Assembly (NCBI GenBank): GCA_022820025.1
Contig: JAJEGF010000038.1
Coordinates: 72,827-136,826 of the forward strand
Length of the DNA: 64,000 nt
Source of the DNA: Chloroflexota bacterium
GTDB lineage: Bacteria > Chloroflexota > UBA11872
Direction of reading: 5' to 3'
Within the stretch, counting starts at the first letter, position 1. Every line of letters begins with the position of its first letter. Of the stretch, positions 1 to 9,911 are shown piece by piece. The position numbers were made by a program, and so were the translations under genes. A model generated the notes under the pieces. It was not told the DNA's origin. It did not search any database and was given only the letters and a program-made list of their open reading frames with translations.

Positions 1-2237
1 TCCGGAGGAATCGGTCCGGTGAGTTCGTTGTTGTCGAGCGCCAGGATCCAAAGACGATCCGGCTTCGCGAGCTCGGCGGGGATTTGCCCCGTCAGTCGGT
101 TGTGCCTGAGGCGTAAGTCTTTCAGTCGGCTGAGCCGCCCCAGGTCGGCAGGAATCTCATTGGTCAGCTGGTTGTGGACGAGGGTCAGATACTCAAGGTT
201 GCTCAGGTCGCCCAGCGCCGCCGGGATGGGGCCGCTCAACTGGTTGAACCCGAGGTTCAGCCCCGTCAGATTGGCGAGGTAGCCGAGGGACGCTGGGATT
301 GAGCCGGTCAGCTGGTTGCCGCCGAGCGACAGCCGCTCCAGCATCGACAACTCACTCAGCGCCGACGGGATCGGGCCCGTCAGCTGGTTGGAGTTCAGCG
401 ACAGCACCCGCAGCTTGCTCAGGGTTCCCAGTGCGGCCGGGATCGAGCCGCTCAATCGGTTGACTCCGAGGTACAGCTCGGTGAGGTGTTCCAGTTGGGC
501 GAGTTCAACGGGAATCGGGCCGCTGAGCTGGTTCCCGTAAAGACTCAGCGACTGCAGCCGGGTCAGCCGGCCCAGTTCCGTTGGAATCGGACCGCTCAGA
601 GCGTTGAACTGGACGCTGAGCGTCACCAGGTTTTCCAGCCGCCCCAGGCTCGGCGGGAGCCTCCCCTCCAACTGATTCTGGCCGAGGCGGAGTTCAGTCA
701 GATAGGAGAGCTGGCCAAGCGACGACGGGATGGCGCCGGTCAGCCCGCTGTTCCAGAGATCCAGCGTCCGCAGGTTGACCAGGCGCCCCAGTCCATCCGG
801 TATCGGACCGGTGAGCTCGTTGCCGCGGAGCGCGAGCTGCCGCAGGTTGGTCATCGCGACCAATTCCTCCGGAATCGGTCCGGTCAGTCTCTGCTGGCTG
901 ATGCGCAACCGCCGAAGCTCTGTCAGCCGGGCGATGTCTGACGGGATGCGCCCACCCCCGCCCCTGCCGCCCAGGACGAGGCCCTGGACGCGGAGCGGAC
1001 CGCCGCCAACTTCAATCCCGTCCCAGTCCCAAATCGTGGTATCTCCACTCCAGTTCAGCCATCCGTCGGCCACCAACACGTCGCGCAGTAGCAGGAGAAC
1101 GAGGCAGTCGCTCACCAGCCCCGGGTTGCGGTCTGGATTGACCACGGCGATCCCGTCAATGCAGGGCTCGGGCGGCAGGACCGAGATGGTGACCGTCGCG
1201 ACGAGAGGTCGACCAGACTCGTCGCCGGCTTCCACCTGTAACTCGAAGACCTGGCCGGCGGCGTCACTCAAGGATCTCGCGACCGTGATTCGGCCGCTGG
1301 CGGGGCTGATGTTGAACAGCTCGGCTTCGTTCCCCGCCGGAATCGCCAGCAGACGCGCACCCTCGGTGCGGATGCGGCCGACGATTCGGCCGAGCGGCGC
1401 GTTTGCGTAGACCCGAAAATCGTAGGCCTCGGTCTCGCAGCCGGGCCAATCGGGGAGCCCCGCGTGGGTACGAGCCCTGACAGCCAGCGCAGCCGACAGG
1501 CACTCCTCAAGCTGGTTGCCCCAGGCGAAGAGCTCTTCCAGGTGCTCCAGCCCGTCCAACTTGGGCGGGAGGGCGCCGGTCAGGCGGTTGTTGTTGAGGC
1601 GCAGGTGGCGCAGCTTCTTCAGCTGGCCAAGTTCCGCGGGGATCGCGCCCGTGAACAGGTTGCGCCCCAGCGCCAACGTGGTGAGGTTAGCCAAGCTGCC
1701 GAGGTCGCCGGGTATCGGGCCGGTTAGCCGATTGCTCCCGAGATCCAGGACTTCCAGGCGTTGCAAGCTTCCGAGTTCGGCGGGTATGCGACCGCTCACG
1801 CGGTTGCCGTAGAGGTCCAGCACCCGCAGGTCGGACAGGGCGCCGATCGCGGGCGGGATGGTGCCGTCCAGCCGCCGGGCCAGACGCACCAGCCGCAACT
1901 CTCGCACTCGCCGCGGCGAGCCACCGATCGTTACGCCCGTCCATTCAGCGATCGACCGGTCGGCGCTCCAATCCAGATCGGCGTCCCCGGCCAGCGACTC
2001 CCGCAGTTCCAGCAGCGTCTCGCAGTCCCGGACCAGTGCGGGATTGGCGTCCGGGTTCGGCACCGCGATGCCTGACGCGCAGTCTGCGGCGGCACTTTCC
2101 CCGCCACCCAGGTCGTCGCGTGGCGCTTGGTCCGAGGCGACCACCGCCCTCGCGGACAGAACCGCCACGGCCGCCAGGCCGACGACGAGCCACCGCAGGC
2201 GCCGGGCCCGCGTCGGTTTCAGCCCATGCGTTCGCAT
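1..2237 (-). CDS. Secreted leucine-rich-repeat protein (plant-type 24-residue LRRs, two LRR blocks each preceded by an LRRNT-like cap); partial, 3' end lies beyond window start
   Basis: Reverse-complement translation gives ...LWILALDNNELTGPIPPE... and repeated LxxLxLxxNxLTGxIPxxLGxL units. The '+' track ORFs 19..1812 with GIGPVS motifs are wrong-frame shadows. N-terminus MRTHGLKPTRARRLRWLVVGLAAVAVLSARA from ATG at 2237 (TTG at 2240) is signal-peptide-like. The frame runs off the window edge. Confidence 0.7.
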   Translation of the reverse strand, partial: MRTHGLKPTRARRLRWLVVGLAAVAVLSARAVVASDQAPRDDLGGGESAAADCASGIAVPNPDANPALVRDCETLLELRESLAGDADLDWSADRSIAEWTGVTIGGSPRRVRELRLVRLARRLDGTIPPAIGALSDLRVLDLYGNRVSGRIPAELGSLQRLEVLDLGSNRLTGPIPGDLGSLANLTTLALGRNLFTGAIPAELGQLKKLRHLRLNNNRLTGALPPKLDGLEHLEELFAWGNQLEECLSAALAVRARTHAGLPDWPGCETEAYDFRVYANAPLGRIVGRIRTEGARLLAIPAGNEAELFNISPASGRITVARSLSDAAGQVFELQVEAGDESGRPLVATVTISVLPPEPCIDGIAVVNPDRNPGLVSDCLVLLLLRDVLVADGWLNWSGDTTIWDWDGIEVGGGPLRVQGLVLGGRGGGGRIPSDIARLTELRRLRISQQRLTGPIPEELVAMTNLRQLALRGNELTGPIPDGLGRLVNLRTLDLWNSGLTGAIPSSLGQLSYLTELRLGQNQLEGRLPPSLGRLENLVTLSVQFNALSGPIPTELGRLTRLQSLSLYGNQLSGPIPVELAQLEHLTELYLGVNRLSGSIPAALGTLSKLRVLSLNSNQLTGPIPSALSELSMLERLSLGGNQLTGSIPASLGYLANLTGLNLGFNQLSGPIPAALGDLSNLEYLTLVHNQLTNEIPADLGRLSRLKDLRLRHNRLTGQIPAELAKPDRLWILALDNNELTGPIPP

Positions 2238-2576
2238 CAAGCGGCCCCCGGGGCGTTGCCGACGTCGGCGCGAGGTCTACCAGAGATTACGCGCGGAACC
2301 GCCGAACCGTTCCCTCCCCCCGTCGTGCGTTACGGCCTTTGGCCACCTGCCGGACCGATCAACCGTCCTGCAGGTATTCCAGGGCTTTGAGGTAGCTGCG
2401 GCGTTGGAGGAAGTGGCGGAGTTGGGGTGGGGTGTCGGGGCCGAGAGCCTGGGTGAGGTCGTCAACCTGGCGCAGGGCGGCCTGGAGTTGGCCCGGTGGG
2501 CCCGGCGGCGGGCCGATGGCCCGCAGGAGCGCCTCCAGCGCCTGTGCCAAGTCGGCCCGGCTGTCGCTCACGCGAG

Positions 2577-3023
2577 TCAACCCGCCAGCGTGGCCTCGAC
2601 GGAGATGTCCACGTTGCCGCGGATGGCGTTGGAGATCGGGCAGCCGGCCTCGCCTTGCGCGGCCAAGTCGGCGAATCCCGCCTGGTCCAACCCGGGCACC
2701 ACGCCCTCCACGCTGAGCGAACTGCTGCCCACCTTGAACCCGCCGGCGGGCAACGGCTCGAAGGTCACGGACGCCGAGACGCGCAGTTCCTCGGGCGGAT
2801 GCCCGGCCTCGGCGAGCGTGTGCGAGAACGCCATGGCGTAGCAACTGGCGTGCGAGGCGGCCAGCAGTTCCTCCGGGCTGGTCTTCCCGCCCGGCGCCTC
2901 GGTGCGGGCAGGCCAACTGACCGGCTGCTCTGTGAGGGCCCCGCTTCCCGCGTCGAACGTCCCCGTTCCTTTAAGCAAGTCTCCGCGCCAGATGACGTCG
3001 GCACGTCGGACGATGTCGGCCAT
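2577..3023 (-). CDS. OsmC/Ohr family peroxiredoxin-like protein
   Basis: 148-aa ORF with SHASCYAMAF and AGCPISNAI motifs typical of OsmC; ATG start at 3023. Confidence 0.8.
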   Translation of the reverse strand: MADIVRRADVIWRGDLLKGTGTFDAGSGALTEQPVSWPARTEAPGGKTSPEELLAASHASCYAMAFSHTLAEAGHPPEELRVSASVTFEPLPAGGFKVGSSSLSVEGVVPGLDQAGFADLAAQGEAGCPISNAIRGNVDISVEATLAG

Positions 3024-3211
3024 GTCAAGTCCTTTCCGTCAGGTGATCCGGTTGCTCGTGCCGCGGATTGTCGCCTCTTCCGGCTCTGCGTGCCACACGC
3101 CCGTGCGCCGCAGCGGTCGCGGGTGACGCGGCCGGTACAGGTTTGGCGGCCCAAACGCCCGTACTGGTTTGGACCTCGATGGCTCGCTCGCTATAGTGCC
3201 TGTCCCCTGTC

Positions 3212-3907
3212 ATGGGTTTTGCCAACGCCGTCCGACAACTCCGCGAGCAGCGTCGCCTGACCAAGGCGGCGCTCGCTGCGCGTTGCGGGCTCGCGCCTTC
3301 CTATCTGTCGCGGCTTGAGAGTGGCGACTACAAGAGTCCAACCGTGGCCACTCTGGTAACGCTGGCCCAGGGCCTGGAGGTGGACCCGCGCGAACTGCTG
3401 GCGCTGGCCGGCTACGTTCCGGACGACATGGCCAGCACACGCCGGCGCTTTGCGGAAGAGACGATAGCCAGCGTGGCGGAATCGGCCATCCGCTCGATCT
3501 CGCGCACGGTCAGCACCACGCTCAATCCCGACCACGACGACTCCGATGACGAGCAACTCCATGTGGACCGTGGTCTGCTGGCGGAGCGGCTGCGCACACG
3601 TCGTCGTTCCGACCGCCTGACAACCCGGCAGGTGGCGCGCAAGGCGGGGGTTCGCGTGAGCGTGATTACCGACCTTGAGGCGGGCCGTGAGCCGTCCGTC
3701 GCGATTGACCTCGCGCGGCTGGTCGCCCGAGGGTATGCGCTGGGCACTTCCGAAGTTGACGACCTGCTGTTTGAGGTTGGCCTGAGCCAGTTCCTGGCCG
3801 ACGACATCGTGCTGTCGACCGAGTCGCGCCGCATGACGCTCGAATTCGCGCGCTTAGCGCGGATTCGCGACCGTCACAGCCGCCAGGGCACGGGTCTGAC
3901 CGACTAG
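3212..3907 (+). CDS. Transcriptional regulator with two tandem HTH_XRE (Cro/C1-type) domains
   Basis: RLTKAALAARCGLAPSYLSRLESG and RLTTRQVARKAGVRVSVITDLEAG helix-turn-helix segments. Confidence 0.7.
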   Translation: MGFANAVRQLREQRRLTKAALAARCGLAPSYLSRLESGDYKSPTVATLVTLAQGLEVDPRELLALAGYVPDDMASTRRRFAEETIASVAESAIRSISRTVSTTLNPDHDDSDDEQLHVDRGLLAERLRTRRRSDRLTTRQVARKAGVRVSVITDLEAGREPSVAIDLARLVARGYALGTSEVDDLLFEVGLSQFLADDIVLSTESRRMTLEFARLARIRDRHSRQGTGLTD

Positions 3908-3984
3908 CGCGTCGGTTTTGGGGGATTTCCGGTTTGCCGGGGTTTCCGCCTGTTGGATTCGAACGGGCCGGGCGTCGCCGCGGG

Positions 3985-5814
3985 TTAGCTGCTCACCACG
4001 ACGCCCACGGCTATTGAGGTCGCGTTGTCCGTGGGCAGGCCGTCGGCCGTTGTAAACGCCGTCCAGGTTGACCCGTCAAACCGGCCCACGCCGTCGTCGG
4101 TCGCAATCCAAATGTTCCCAAGGCTGTCCTCGGCCAGGCCTCGAACGCTGTTGGACGGCAAGCCGGCGTTTACGACGTTCTCCGTTGAGAACGCACCGTT
4201 CTGGAACCGGCTCACGCCTCCGCTGGTCGCGATCCAGACGGTTCCGTCGCTGGCCACCAGGATGTCGCGGATGTTGCCGCTGCCGAGCCCCTGGTTGACC
4301 CCGTAGTGCTGCCACTGCAATGGATTGAGGGTCCGCGACACGCCGGCGTTGGCGGTGCCGAACCACAAGCCCCCGTCCGCGCCCACCGCGACCGCCGTGA
4401 CGTTGTTGCTGGCGATTCCCGAACCTTCCACGTTGTAGATGTACCAGTTCTCGTGGGCCGCGTGGTACAGCACGGCGCCGCCGTTGGTCGCAAACAGCAG
4501 GCCATCCGCGGTGCCCGGGATCACGTGAACCCGGTTCACGTCCGAGGTTGGCAATTCGGAGTTGTCGGACCGGAGCCGATCCCAACTCCCGCCATCGAAC
4601 CAGCTGACGCCCTGCCGCGGGTGGGCCATCCAAATGACGTCCGATACCTGACCGCCGGCCAGCGACGTGACGTTGTTGGAACCGATCCCGTTGCTTGTGG
4701 TTGATCGGTCGAATATGACGCCGTCCCCGTTCCGGTTCATTCGGACCAGACCCGTGTCCGTGCCGGCCCAAATGCGGCCGTTCCGGTCCACGAGCACGGA
4801 CTGCACCCGGTTGGCGCCGAGCGCCGAGCCGTCTCTGTCCAACTGTTGCCACGAGGCGCCGTCATAGAGCAGGACGCCGCCGTCGCTGGTTCCCACCACG
4901 ACGAGTTCGCCCGCCGTGCGCGTCGGCGCCGGTGAGCCCGTGGGCCCGGGGCTAGCGCCCGGGGTGGCCGCTGGCGTGGGCGAGGCGTCCGGCGTTGCGG
5001 TGGCCGCGGGTGTGGTGAAGTCGATGATCGACGGCGTGTACGCCTGGCCCTTCGCCAACGGCACGGCGGCGCGAAAGGCGTCGAACGCCTGCCAGGCATC
5101 CGCGGGGTACCTCTGATCCCGCAAGTCGTCGCCCAGCAGCCGAAGCTTGACCGGGGCCTGCGGGTCCTGCGGGTGGTGCTCCATGACCGCCGCCTGGAAG
5201 TACTGCCGAACGAATCCGGCCGTGGCCGCCGCGATGTGCACGGTGCCGGCCGCGTTGGTGTCGTGCCTGGCTTCGGTCTTCGGGAAGCCGAAGGCCTGGA
5301 CGCCGCCGAAGGCGTTGAAGAAGTCAAGGAACCCGGTGTGGACGCCGCCAACCGAGAAGTTGGAGACCTTGTGGTTCCAGGGCCCGAGTTGCTCGCCGGT
5401 GTTGTTGTTGACGGTTCCCGGTTCCACGCCCAGATCGGGGCTGCCCCCCTGGCCGCCGCCGAAGTAGTCCCAGGTGAGGCGGCGCTCGAGGACATAGATG
5501 TCGCCAAGGTCGGGGCGTCGGTGGAAGTCAACGACGCCGCGTTGGAAGTACTGGGTGAGCGTGCCGGGCTCCTCGACGTGGACCTCCGACGTCGGGAATC
5601 CCCAGCGCTGCAGCCCGCCGGTGCGGTCGAAGAATTCCTGGAAGTCGGCCGTGAGCGTCTCGGCGCCCACGGTCACGCTCAGCCGCGGGATGTTGTGCTG
5701 AAGCTCCGTGTTGCCCGGGGCGCTGAGGAAGGTGTTGTCGAGGACGGTGATTTGCCCGAAGCCGGAGGTGACTTGCGCGGTGAGGGCCGCGGGGCCAAGG
5801 GCCAGGGCCAGCAA
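3985..5814 (-). CDS. Secreted protein: N-terminal LGFP-like repeats, Pro/Thr linker, C-terminal two-component-regulator-propeller (Reg_prop/Y_Y_Y-like) beta-propeller repeats
   Basis: WGFPTSE...QYFQRGVV and FGFPKTE...QYFQAAVM LGFP-like units; TPAATATPDASPTPAATPGASPGPTGSPAPT linker; repeated G(T/N)(V/I)WIAT(S/D)(G/D)G(V)(S/G)RF motifs. The listed TTG start at 5814 gives a weak signal peptide. The upstream in-frame stretch LTRVRVTLGIAAITLLLALALGPAALTAQ from CTG at 5859 is a much better signal peptide. Confidence 0.7.
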   Translation of the reverse strand: MLALALGPAALTAQVTSGFGQITVLDNTFLSAPGNTELQHNIPRLSVTVGAETLTADFQEFFDRTGGLQRWGFPTSEVHVEEPGTLTQYFQRGVVDFHRRPDLGDIYVLERRLTWDYFGGGQGGSPDLGVEPGTVNNNTGEQLGPWNHKVSNFSVGGVHTGFLDFFNAFGGVQAFGFPKTEARHDTNAAGTVHIAAATAGFVRQYFQAAVMEHHPQDPQAPVKLRLLGDDLRDQRYPADAWQAFDAFRAAVPLAKGQAYTPSIIDFTTPAATATPDASPTPAATPGASPGPTGSPAPTRTAGELVVVGTSDGGVLLYDGASWQQLDRDGSALGANRVQSVLVDRNGRIWAGTDTGLVRMNRNGDGVIFDRSTTSNGIGSNNVTSLAGGQVSDVIWMAHPRQGVSWFDGGSWDRLRSDNSELPTSDVNRVHVIPGTADGLLFATNGGAVLYHAAHENWYIYNVEGSGIASNNVTAVAVGADGGLWFGTANAGVSRTLNPLQWQHYGVNQGLGSGNIRDILVASDGTVWIATSGGVSRFQNGAFSTENVVNAGLPSNSVRGLAEDSLGNIWIATDDGVGRFDGSTWTAFTTADGLPTDNATSIAVGVVVSS

Positions 5815-6226
5815 CAGCGTGATGGCCGCAATTCCGAGCGTGACGCGTACGCGGGTCAGGTCCGCGAACCTTCCTTCGTCGCCTGGGACGGTGGCGCCTT
5901 TGCCGTACCGGACCGTCGGTACGCCGCCTCAACCAGTCCGGATTATATGTATTGACTCGCGCCGCGCCAGCCCGACCTAGCCAACCGCCAGCCCAACAGC
6001 GACCACGACCAGCGTCAGCCCGAGTCCCAGACCCACGCTAATGGTCAGGTCCCGACGCAGATGCGGCAGGGTGGGCAGGCGCACGGCGGTACGGGCCGAC
6101 GAGGCGTCCGGAAGCGGCGCCTCCGGCGCGGCCGGCGGTTGACCCTCGAGTTGAACCGCGGGCCTGGGCCGACGGGCCACGCGGCGGATCGGTGCGCGGC
6201 GTCGACGCCGGGTGGACCGCCGACGG

Positions 6227-6931
6227 TTAGCCATTCATTCCTCCCAGCCGGTCCCTGTCGACGTGCCGTCCCGCGGCCAGGCGGGTTTCGGTTGCCGCGT
6301 CCGCGCCCCGGCGGCGCCGTCGACGAAGTTCCCAGCGCACGAGCAGCCCGCCCATGATGCCCGTTGCGAAGCCGGCCAGGTGAGCTTGCCACGCAATGTT
6401 CGAGCCCAGAAGCGCCGTCGGCTGGGTCAGCGCACCGATCAGTTGGACCGAAAGCCAGAGTCCGCCGGCCAACAAACCGGCCCATCCGCCGACCGTTACG
6501 ACGCCGATCACCCCGGCCACGCCAGCGCTGGCGCCGATGGTGGGGATGAGGGATGCGCTGTTCAGCACGGCGTGGAAGGTTCCGCCAACCGCGACCGCCG
6601 CCGCCCAGACGACGCCGAAGCGCCACGAGCCAATTGCCCGCTCGACCATCGTGCCGAGCACGGCGATGAAGGCCAGATTGACCGCGAGGTGTCCCAGGTC
6701 GCCATGCAGAAACGAGGATGTGAAGAGCGTCAGCGCGTAGGGGGTTGGCGATCCGTGGATCGCGTAGCCGCGGCCGTCAAGGAGCACCGCGGGCAGCAGC
6801 CCATAGCGCCAGACCCACTCCTGCCCGGCCGGTCCCTGCGCGGCCTGGAGCACGTAGATCGCCAGGTTGGCCACCAACAAGGCACCGGCGACCACGCTCG
6901 GTCGCCAGAGGCTACGGCGCCAGCGCTTCAC
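6227..6931 (-). CDS. Rhomboid family intramembrane serine protease
   Basis: Multi-TM protein with LHGDLGHLAVNL, G-A-S-A-G (GxSxG) and AHLAGF (His) motifs. Confidence 0.8.
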   Translation of the reverse strand: MKRWRRSLWRPSVVAGALLVANLAIYVLQAAQGPAGQEWVWRYGLLPAVLLDGRGYAIHGSPTPYALTLFTSSFLHGDLGHLAVNLAFIAVLGTMVERAIGSWRFGVVWAAAVAVGGTFHAVLNSASLIPTIGASAGVAGVIGVVTVGGWAGLLAGGLWLSVQLIGALTQPTALLGSNIAWQAHLAGFATGIMGGLLVRWELRRRRRRGADAATETRLAAGRHVDRDRLGGMNG

Positions 6932-6940
6932 GGGACCAAC

Positions 6941-7768
6941 TCATTCCGGCAGCAGAATCCCGAGGAGGGCGTCGAGGTCCTCCGGATCGCGATATTCAAT
7001 CTGGATGCGCCCGCGCTTTCGGCTGCCCACGAAGCGCACGCGCGTGCCCAGCCGCCACTGCAGGCGCTCGGCGACGTGATCCAACTCCACATCGGGCGGC
7101 CGCGGCGGTTTCAGCTGGCGTCGGGCCGCGCGCTCCGCCTGCCGCAAACTGAGGCGGCCGGTCAGCATCCGCAGGAAAAGCCGCCGCCGCGTCGCGTCAT
7201 CGCTAATCCCGACCAACGTGCGCCCGTGGCTTTCCGAGATCCGCCCCTCGGCCAGAGCCCGCCGCATGTCGCTATCCAGCTTCTGAAGGCGCAGCGTGTT
7301 GGCAACCGACGAACGGCTGCGACTCACCACCGCCGCCACCTGGGCCTGGGTCATCCCGTAGTCGTCGATCAGCGCCTGGTAGGCGCGCGCTTTCTCCAGC
7401 GGGCCGAGGTCGCGGCGCTGGAGGTTCTCGACCAGCGCCAACTCCACCCGGCGCCTGGCATCGGCCGCGATGACAGTCACCGGAACCCTTACCAGGCCGG
7501 CCTTGCGCGCCGCCCGCCAGCGGCGTTCGCCGGCTACCAGCAGAAACTGTCCGGGTCGATCCGGTGACGGAGTAACCAGTAGCGGTTGCAGGACACCGTG
7601 CCGGCCGACCGATTCCGCCAAGCTTTCCTCATCCTCGGCCTCAAACCTGCGACGCGGCTGCTGCGGGTTGGGTTCAATGCGCTCCAGGGGGAGGGTGCGC
7701 CAATCGCCGGGCACAGGTTCCCCAGGCCCGTTCGACTGGCTGTGCGCGCCTTTCCGCAATTGATTCAC
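6941..7768 (-). CDS. parB: ParB/Spo0J chromosome partitioning protein
   Basis: LVENLQRRDL ParB box, HTH, and C-terminal dimerisation region; 275 aa. Confidence 0.9.
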   Translation of the reverse strand: MNQLRKGAHSQSNGPGEPVPGDWRTLPLERIEPNPQQPRRRFEAEDEESLAESVGRHGVLQPLLVTPSPDRPGQFLLVAGERRWRAARKAGLVRVPVTVIAADARRRVELALVENLQRRDLGPLEKARAYQALIDDYGMTQAQVAAVVSRSRSSVANTLRLQKLDSDMRRALAEGRISESHGRTLVGISDDATRRRLFLRMLTGRLSLRQAERAARRQLKPPRPPDVELDHVAERLQWRLGTRVRFVGSRKRGRIQIEYRDPEDLDALLGILLPE

Positions 7769-8008
7769 CGTCTACTGCCTGTGCAAGAAGCGTCGGGGAC
7801 GTTCAGGGGATCTGCTTAATGAAAAAGAATAGTGGACGTCCCCGTCGGGCGGTGAGTCATGGGGAAAACAAGCTGTTGCGGGCGGCGGCACTCCGAGGCG
7901 CGTGACTCGCGGGGCTCGGATCGGGAACCTGAACTGTCTGTGGACGGCGAATGCACGACCTCGATCAGGGTCGTCGACCGCTGGCCGGTAGGCCCGGATC
8001 GGCGGCGT

Positions 8009-8058
8009 CGGACCGCGTATATCCACAACGCCCATGGGTTATCCACACAATCGAGCCG
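8009..8058. promoter_or_regulatory. DnaA-box cluster (candidate oriC core) in the dnaA-parB intergenic region
   Basis: Three same-orientation boxes with 20-21 bp spacing: ATATCCACA (8009-8017), TTATCCACA (8029-8037), TTATCCACA (8050-8058). Weaker boxes at 7939-7947 (TGTGGACGG) and about 7830. An AT-rich stretch, ttaatgaaaaagaatag, lies at 7816-7832. Confidence 0.7.
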
Positions 8059-8084
8059 GTTATCCACAAACCTGTCGTTAGCGG

Positions 8085-9455
8085 TCAGTCGGACAAGTGG
8101 ACCCGGATGGCCTCGATATCCGCCTTCAGTTGATCCTCGAGCTTCAGTCGGCGCTCGATCTTGTTGCAGCCGTGCAACACCGTGGTGTGGTCGCGGCCTC
8201 CGAGCACCCGCCCGATTTCGGGCAGCGTCTCCCGGCCGTCGGTGCGCATCAGGTACATGGCGACCTGGCGCACGCCAGCGGTTCGTGCGTCGCGACGCTT
8301 GCCGAGCAGAGCGTCTTGCGACACGTCGAAGTGCCGCGAGGTGGCGGCCAGGATGGCGGCCGTGGCGGGCGGGCGACTGGCGGCTGCCCGCCCCAGGCCG
8401 GACAGCGCCTGTTCAGCGGCGGCGGGCTGTAACTCCAGCCCGTGAAGCTCGGCGTAAATCAACGTGCGGGTCAACGCGCCTTCCAGTTCCCGGACGTTGC
8501 GGGTAATTCGGTCGGCCAGAAAATCCACGACGTCATCGGAAACGCTGGCGCCGGAAGCGGCGGCGTGCTGGTGCAGAATCATCCGCCGCAGGTCCAGGTC
8601 GGGCGCCTGGATGTCGGCCACGAGCCCAACCTCAAAGCGACTGCGGAGGCGGGCTTCAAGGCGGGCGATCTCACGCGGCGGACGATCACTGGTCAGCACG
8701 ATCTGTCCGCCGGCCTCGTAGATCGCGTTGAAGGTGTGAAACATTTCTTCCTGCGAGGCTTCGGTTCGCGAGAGGAACTCGACGTCGTCCACCATCAGCA
8801 GGTCGACGCTGCGGTAGCGCTCGCGGAAGCGGCGGCGGCGGTCGCCGCGGCTCTCGGTGCGGATCGCGTGTAACAGCTCGTTGACGAAGGTCTCGCAGGG
8901 CACGTACCGCATGCGAGTCTCCGGGCGCTGCGCCAGCAGCGCACGGCCGATGGCATGCAGCAGGTGCGTCTTGCCCAGGCCCACACCGCTATAGAGAAAG
9001 AGCGGGTTATACACATCGCCCGGTCGCTCGCTGACTCGGAGCGCGGCGGCGTGGGCCAGTCGGTTGGAGGAGCCGACCACGAAGCGTTCAAAGGTGTAGC
9101 GCTGATTGAGGCGTACGCCGGGTGCGGTGCCGGCGGCCGGCGCCGCCGTCGCGGCTGGAGCCGGGGCCGGGGCGGGATCCGCGAGCCAGGCCGGCGGGCC
9201 GGCGGGCTGCTCGGCCTGCACGACAAACGTAACGTCTACATCACCACCGTGCGCCCTTGAAACCGCGCGCGCAACCATTTCACGGTAGCGTCGCGTCACG
9301 ATCTCCTTGGCAAAGACGGTTGGAACCGCTACGACAATCTCGCGCCCGCCAGCGCGGACAAATCTTGCATCTCGAAACCATGCTGCAAAATCCGCTTTGG
9401 GAACCTCGACTTGCAGCGCGCCGAGAGCCGCCTCCCACGTGCGTTGGCTCAGCAT
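8085..9455 (-). CDS. dnaA: Chromosomal replication initiator protein DnaA
   Basis: GVGLGKTHLL Walker A, VDDVEFL, LTSDRPP, and a C-terminal DnaA-box-binding domain. Likely ATG start at 9455 (MLSQRTWEAAL...) rather than the alternative-codon start at 9557 in the track. Confidence 0.9.
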   Translation of the reverse strand: MLSQRTWEAALGALQVEVPKADFAAWFRDARFVRAGGREIVVAVPTVFAKEIVTRRYREMVARAVSRAHGGDVDVTFVVQAEQPAGPPAWLADPAPAPAPAATAAPAAGTAPGVRLNQRYTFERFVVGSSNRLAHAAALRVSERPGDVYNPLFLYSGVGLGKTHLLHAIGRALLAQRPETRMRYVPCETFVNELLHAIRTESRGDRRRRFRERYRSVDLLMVDDVEFLSRTEASQEEMFHTFNAIYEAGGQIVLTSDRPPREIARLEARLRSRFEVGLVADIQAPDLDLRRMILHQHAAASGASVSDDVVDFLADRITRNVRELEGALTRTLIYAELHGLELQPAAAEQALSGLGRAAASRPPATAAILAATSRHFDVSQDALLGKRRDARTAGVRQVAMYLMRTDGRETLPEIGRVLGGRDHTTVLHGCNKIERRLKLEDQLKADIEAIRVHLSD

Positions 9456-9911
9456 CCCATCCCCGGTACCCGCACCGCGCCTTTGATGCGGGACGAGAAG
9501 ACTAGCAAAAGGCCGAAGCCGGCGTGATCGGCGCCAAACCTGATAACCCGCGACCAAATGGGGATGATTGGGTTGACTTTAGTGAAGTTCATCGCTTGAA
9601 GCGCGGCTCGCGGGCGCGTCATTCCGGAGAGTCCACCTGGGCTACTTCAAGACCTGACGCCACGGCGTGGAGCGGCAGCGTTACGCGCGACAAGGGAAAG
9701 GGTGCTCCGATGGATTTAAGTTAACGAGCGGTAGAGCCCGCATACCCGTCTCGGGCATGGACACGGTGGTCCTGAACCTGAAACAGCAACACCATTGCTA
9801 ATTGGGGGTTACCAAAGTGCATGGCCGATTGGCCAAAGCAGCGCGGACCCATGCGTAGAATCGGGAGACATAGGTTACGTGCGCGCGGTTCGCGCAGAGG
9901 GATGGAAGGCC

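Noticed and set aside
19-1812. Plus-strand ORFs (19..282, 316..540, 486..941, 730..1410, 1516..1812) with recurring GIGPVS/SAGI motifs
   Set aside because: They are wrong-frame shadows of the minus-strand LRR gene. The reverse complement gives canonical LTGPIP LRR units, whereas the plus-strand products are low-complexity.
2359-2916. 185-aa minus-strand ORF overlapping osmC
   Set aside because: It is in a different frame from the well-supported OsmC ORF, and its product is low-complexity. Only a short downstream GTG-started tail (about 2359-2571) could conceivably be real, and it has no support.
3940-3970. tRNA-like T-loop motif (ggattcgaac = GTTCGAATCC on the minus strand)
   Set aside because: The flanking sequence cannot form a T-stem, and no acceptor, D or anticodon arms could be assembled. 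It is a chance match.
9456-9910. DnaA boxes upstream of dnaA
   Set aside because: Only degenerate matches (cctgataac, gagtccacc) were found. The strong phased cluster is downstream of dnaA instead.
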